Virus record (IMG/VR): IMGVR_UViG_3300005326_000040
Location: 32,001-96,000 of that record
DNA: 64,000 nucleotides
Source of the DNA: a virus
Taxonomy: Duplodnaviria; Caudoviricetes
Strand: one strand, 5' to 3'
Shown here: positions 62,230-64,000 of the stretch, one piece after another
Layout of the letters: every line of letters begins with the position of its first letter
How positions within the stretch are numbered: the stretch's first letter is position 1
Made by a program: the position numbers and the translations under genes
The notes under the pieces: generated by a model
Database searches by the model: none
What the model saw: only the letters and a program-made list of their open reading frames with translations
What the model was told of the DNA's origin: nothing

Positions 62230-62626
62230 TCCCGAGCTAATTACGAAGGAGTTTTTTCCAGAATACGTTGATAACACCTGGGCAATTAATTGTGGACGAT
62301 GTATGGCTTGGGCGTACATCGCTTATTTGTTGTACGATGACGTGACGCTTTTGAGTACAGATTATCACGCCTTTGTACAGCAGGAAGGGAAGTTTTACGA
62401 TTCAGAAAGCGGTAAAGGAAAAAGAAACTGGGAGCATTTGAACTGCATTATGATGTGGTGGGAGGAAGAAAACAACGAACTATTTGTAGATGACGTTCGA
62501 GACTTCAAGAATCGTTGGGCGGGATGTTTTACTGGATGGGAAGAATGCGAGAAGAAGGTAGAAGAATATCTCAAGAAGCGTAAGGCTACTATCGTCAACG
62601 ACAGTCTACTGGCACAGGAGATGTAA
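62168..62626 (+). CDS. Hypothetical protein
   Basis: 152 aa, INCGRCMAWA motif. Confidence 0.7.
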   Translation: MDFWKAFVSSKSSEKLPGKVNPELITKEFFPEYVDNTWAINCGRCMAWAYIAYLLYDDVTLLSTDYHAFVQQEGKFYDSESGKGKRNWEHLNCIMMWWEEENNELFVDDVRDFKNRWAGCFTGWEECEKKVEEYLKKRKATIVNDSLLAQEM

Positions 62627-62627
62627 C

Positions 62628-62855
62628 ATGAGAGTATTTACTGACAATCAGCGCATCGTGGACCTCAAGCACTTCCAGTACTCTTCGAAGAATTATCGGC
62701 TGCTTCTGGAACTTCAGCAAGCTGCGCCGAATGCTCCGCTGGAGATTGAAAGCACAGGAGTGGCGAAGAAATTCGTTACTGCCTGTGAAATCAATCTGGA
62801 AAATCATCAGACTGTTCTGATGTTGAATGGTCACAACTCCAGCATCAGCAAGTGA
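62628..62855 (+). CDS. Hypothetical protein
   Basis: 75 aa, AGGAG RBS. Confidence 0.65.
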   Translation: MRVFTDNQRIVDLKHFQYSSKNYRLLLELQQAAPNAPLEIESTGVAKKFVTACEINLENHQTVLMLNGHNSSISK

Positions 62856-62861
62856 GCAAGA

Positions 62862-63089
62862 ATGTTTCGCAATAGAGTTTTCGGATACATCGCTGTTGGT
62901 GTGCATAAGGTTGCTGACGCAGCATACATTGCCGCCATGATTGGAGACGGCGTTTATTCTTGGGCGGAGGAGGCTGTTCGTACGGTTTTTCACAAGAAGG
63001 AAGATAGCTTTCCGATTGATTGCGCTGAGGAGTTTGAGATGGTTCCGATCAAGACTCTTCCTCGGCCTGGGATGCAAAGGCGACGTTAG
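62862..63089 (+). CDS. Hypothetical protein
   Basis: 75 aa. Confidence 0.6.
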   Translation: MFRNRVFGYIAVGVHKVADAAYIAAMIGDGVYSWAEEAVRTVFHKKEDSFPIDCAEEFEMVPIKTLPRPGMQRRR

Positions 63090-63175
63090 ATGAATGCTCT
63101 GCTGGTTTTTGTTGCCCTTTATTGGGCAGCATTCTTTGTCAAGTGTGTCCGTTCGATTATGAATGGAGGAGAGAC

Positions 63176-63481
63176 ATGAAGTCAAAGCTCACGATGGTTG
63201 TCAACGGGCAGGCACATGAAGTAAGTGTTCCTGACGTAGGGATTTCGATTTACAATCCTACGGAAGAGATGACGGCTTTGATGCTCAAGATTTTGGGCGC
63301 CGAAGGAAACGATGTTTCGTTGGGCTGGGAGTATCCTCCTGGCTGTTGTCAAGTGAAGGAAATCAATGAAGAGAAGTACGAAACGGAATCGAAGATTTAC
63401 GTGATTCCGCTTCGCAACAACGAAGATGTTGGAGTTCATGTTCCTGTGAGGTTGATTCAATCTCATGACTACACGAAATAA
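63176..63481 (+). CDS. Hypothetical protein
   Basis: 101 aa, GGAGG RBS. Confidence 0.7.
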   Translation: MKSKLTMVVNGQAHEVSVPDVGISIYNPTEEMTALMLKILGAEGNDVSLGWEYPPGCCQVKEINEEKYETESKIYVIPLRNNEDVGVHVPVRLIQSHDYTK

Positions 63482-63500
63482 AAGTCCGAGAGATTGATTT

Positions 63501-63914
63501 ATGTGGGACTTTGTCGTTGGTTTTGTAGTAATAGCTTTGTTTATGACGGTTCCGTTTTTGTCGGATTTTGTGTTTCGCCAATGGAAGAATAAAGAGCAGT
63601 CAAATAATTCCATTACTTCTCCAGCGCCACCACCAAAGATTGATCACATTCAGATTCAGAAGCGATTGCCCCCTGCACCAAAACAGTCGCCTTATCGTGA
63701 ACCTGAACCGCAAGACGTAGCGGCTTTGGTGGCGCATTTAGCGGAGCTAACCGAAGAAAATGGTAAGCTGCGTGAACGGTGCAAGAAACTAGAACAGGAG
63801 AAACAAGCTTCTTCAAAGAGTCTTATCAGTATTGATATTGCAGCGGAGGTTGAATATGGCGATTTGCCCGCTTCTTCAGACAGCACCATCAAAAGAGAAC
63901 ATCGCCGCACTTGA
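63501..63914 (+). CDS. Membrane-anchored coiled-coil protein
   Basis: N-terminal transmembrane helix, SPYREP motif, coiled coil. Confidence 0.7.
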   Translation: MWDFVVGFVVIALFMTVPFLSDFVFRQWKNKEQSNNSITSPAPPPKIDHIQIQKRLPPAPKQSPYREPEPQDVAALVAHLAELTEENGKLRERCKKLEQEKQASSKSLISIDIAAEVEYGDLPASSDSTIKREHRRT

Positions 63915-64000
63915 AAAGGAGATTGAATTGTTTGCGGCGGACAAACAGATTCGTCCTGAGGTTGTAAAGCAGCTTCGGGAAATGCGCAAGAAGCTCAGTG

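Overview
The window looks like part of a large (jumbo-type) bacteriophage genome. No integrase, capsid, terminase or polymerase gene was recognised. Left part (1-37 kb, AT-richer): two convergent paralogous tailspike-like genes, a GT2-TPR glycosyltransferase, a Dda/RecD-like helicase, a DEDDh exonuclease, degenerate NadE- and CoaE-like genes, three peptidoglycan-hydrolase-like genes, YqeY, and very large acidic/coiled-coil proteins (up to 2245 aa) that share an N-terminal helix plus K-x-A motif. A 1.2-kb non-coding divergence zone (37.1-38.35 kb) holds iteron-like repeats, a G-quadruplex motif and twin palindromes. Right part (38.3-64 kb, GC-richer at first): a long, almost unidirectional array of small early-type genes. 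The main finding is that this array is punctuated at gene boundaries by two kinds of structured RNA element. The first is 11 copies of a ~60-nt hairpin with G.U pairs, UUCG loops and a conserved TTAA tail. The second is about eight aberrant tRNA-like elements, three with intact acceptor and T stems but an RUUC tetraloop instead of an anticodon loop. One canonical tRNA-Leu(TAA), a minimal CCA/poly(A)-polymerase-head nucleotidyltransferase, an orphan HigA-like protein and other candidate structured ncRNAs lie in the same region. All folds and family calls were made by eye; no database searches were run.
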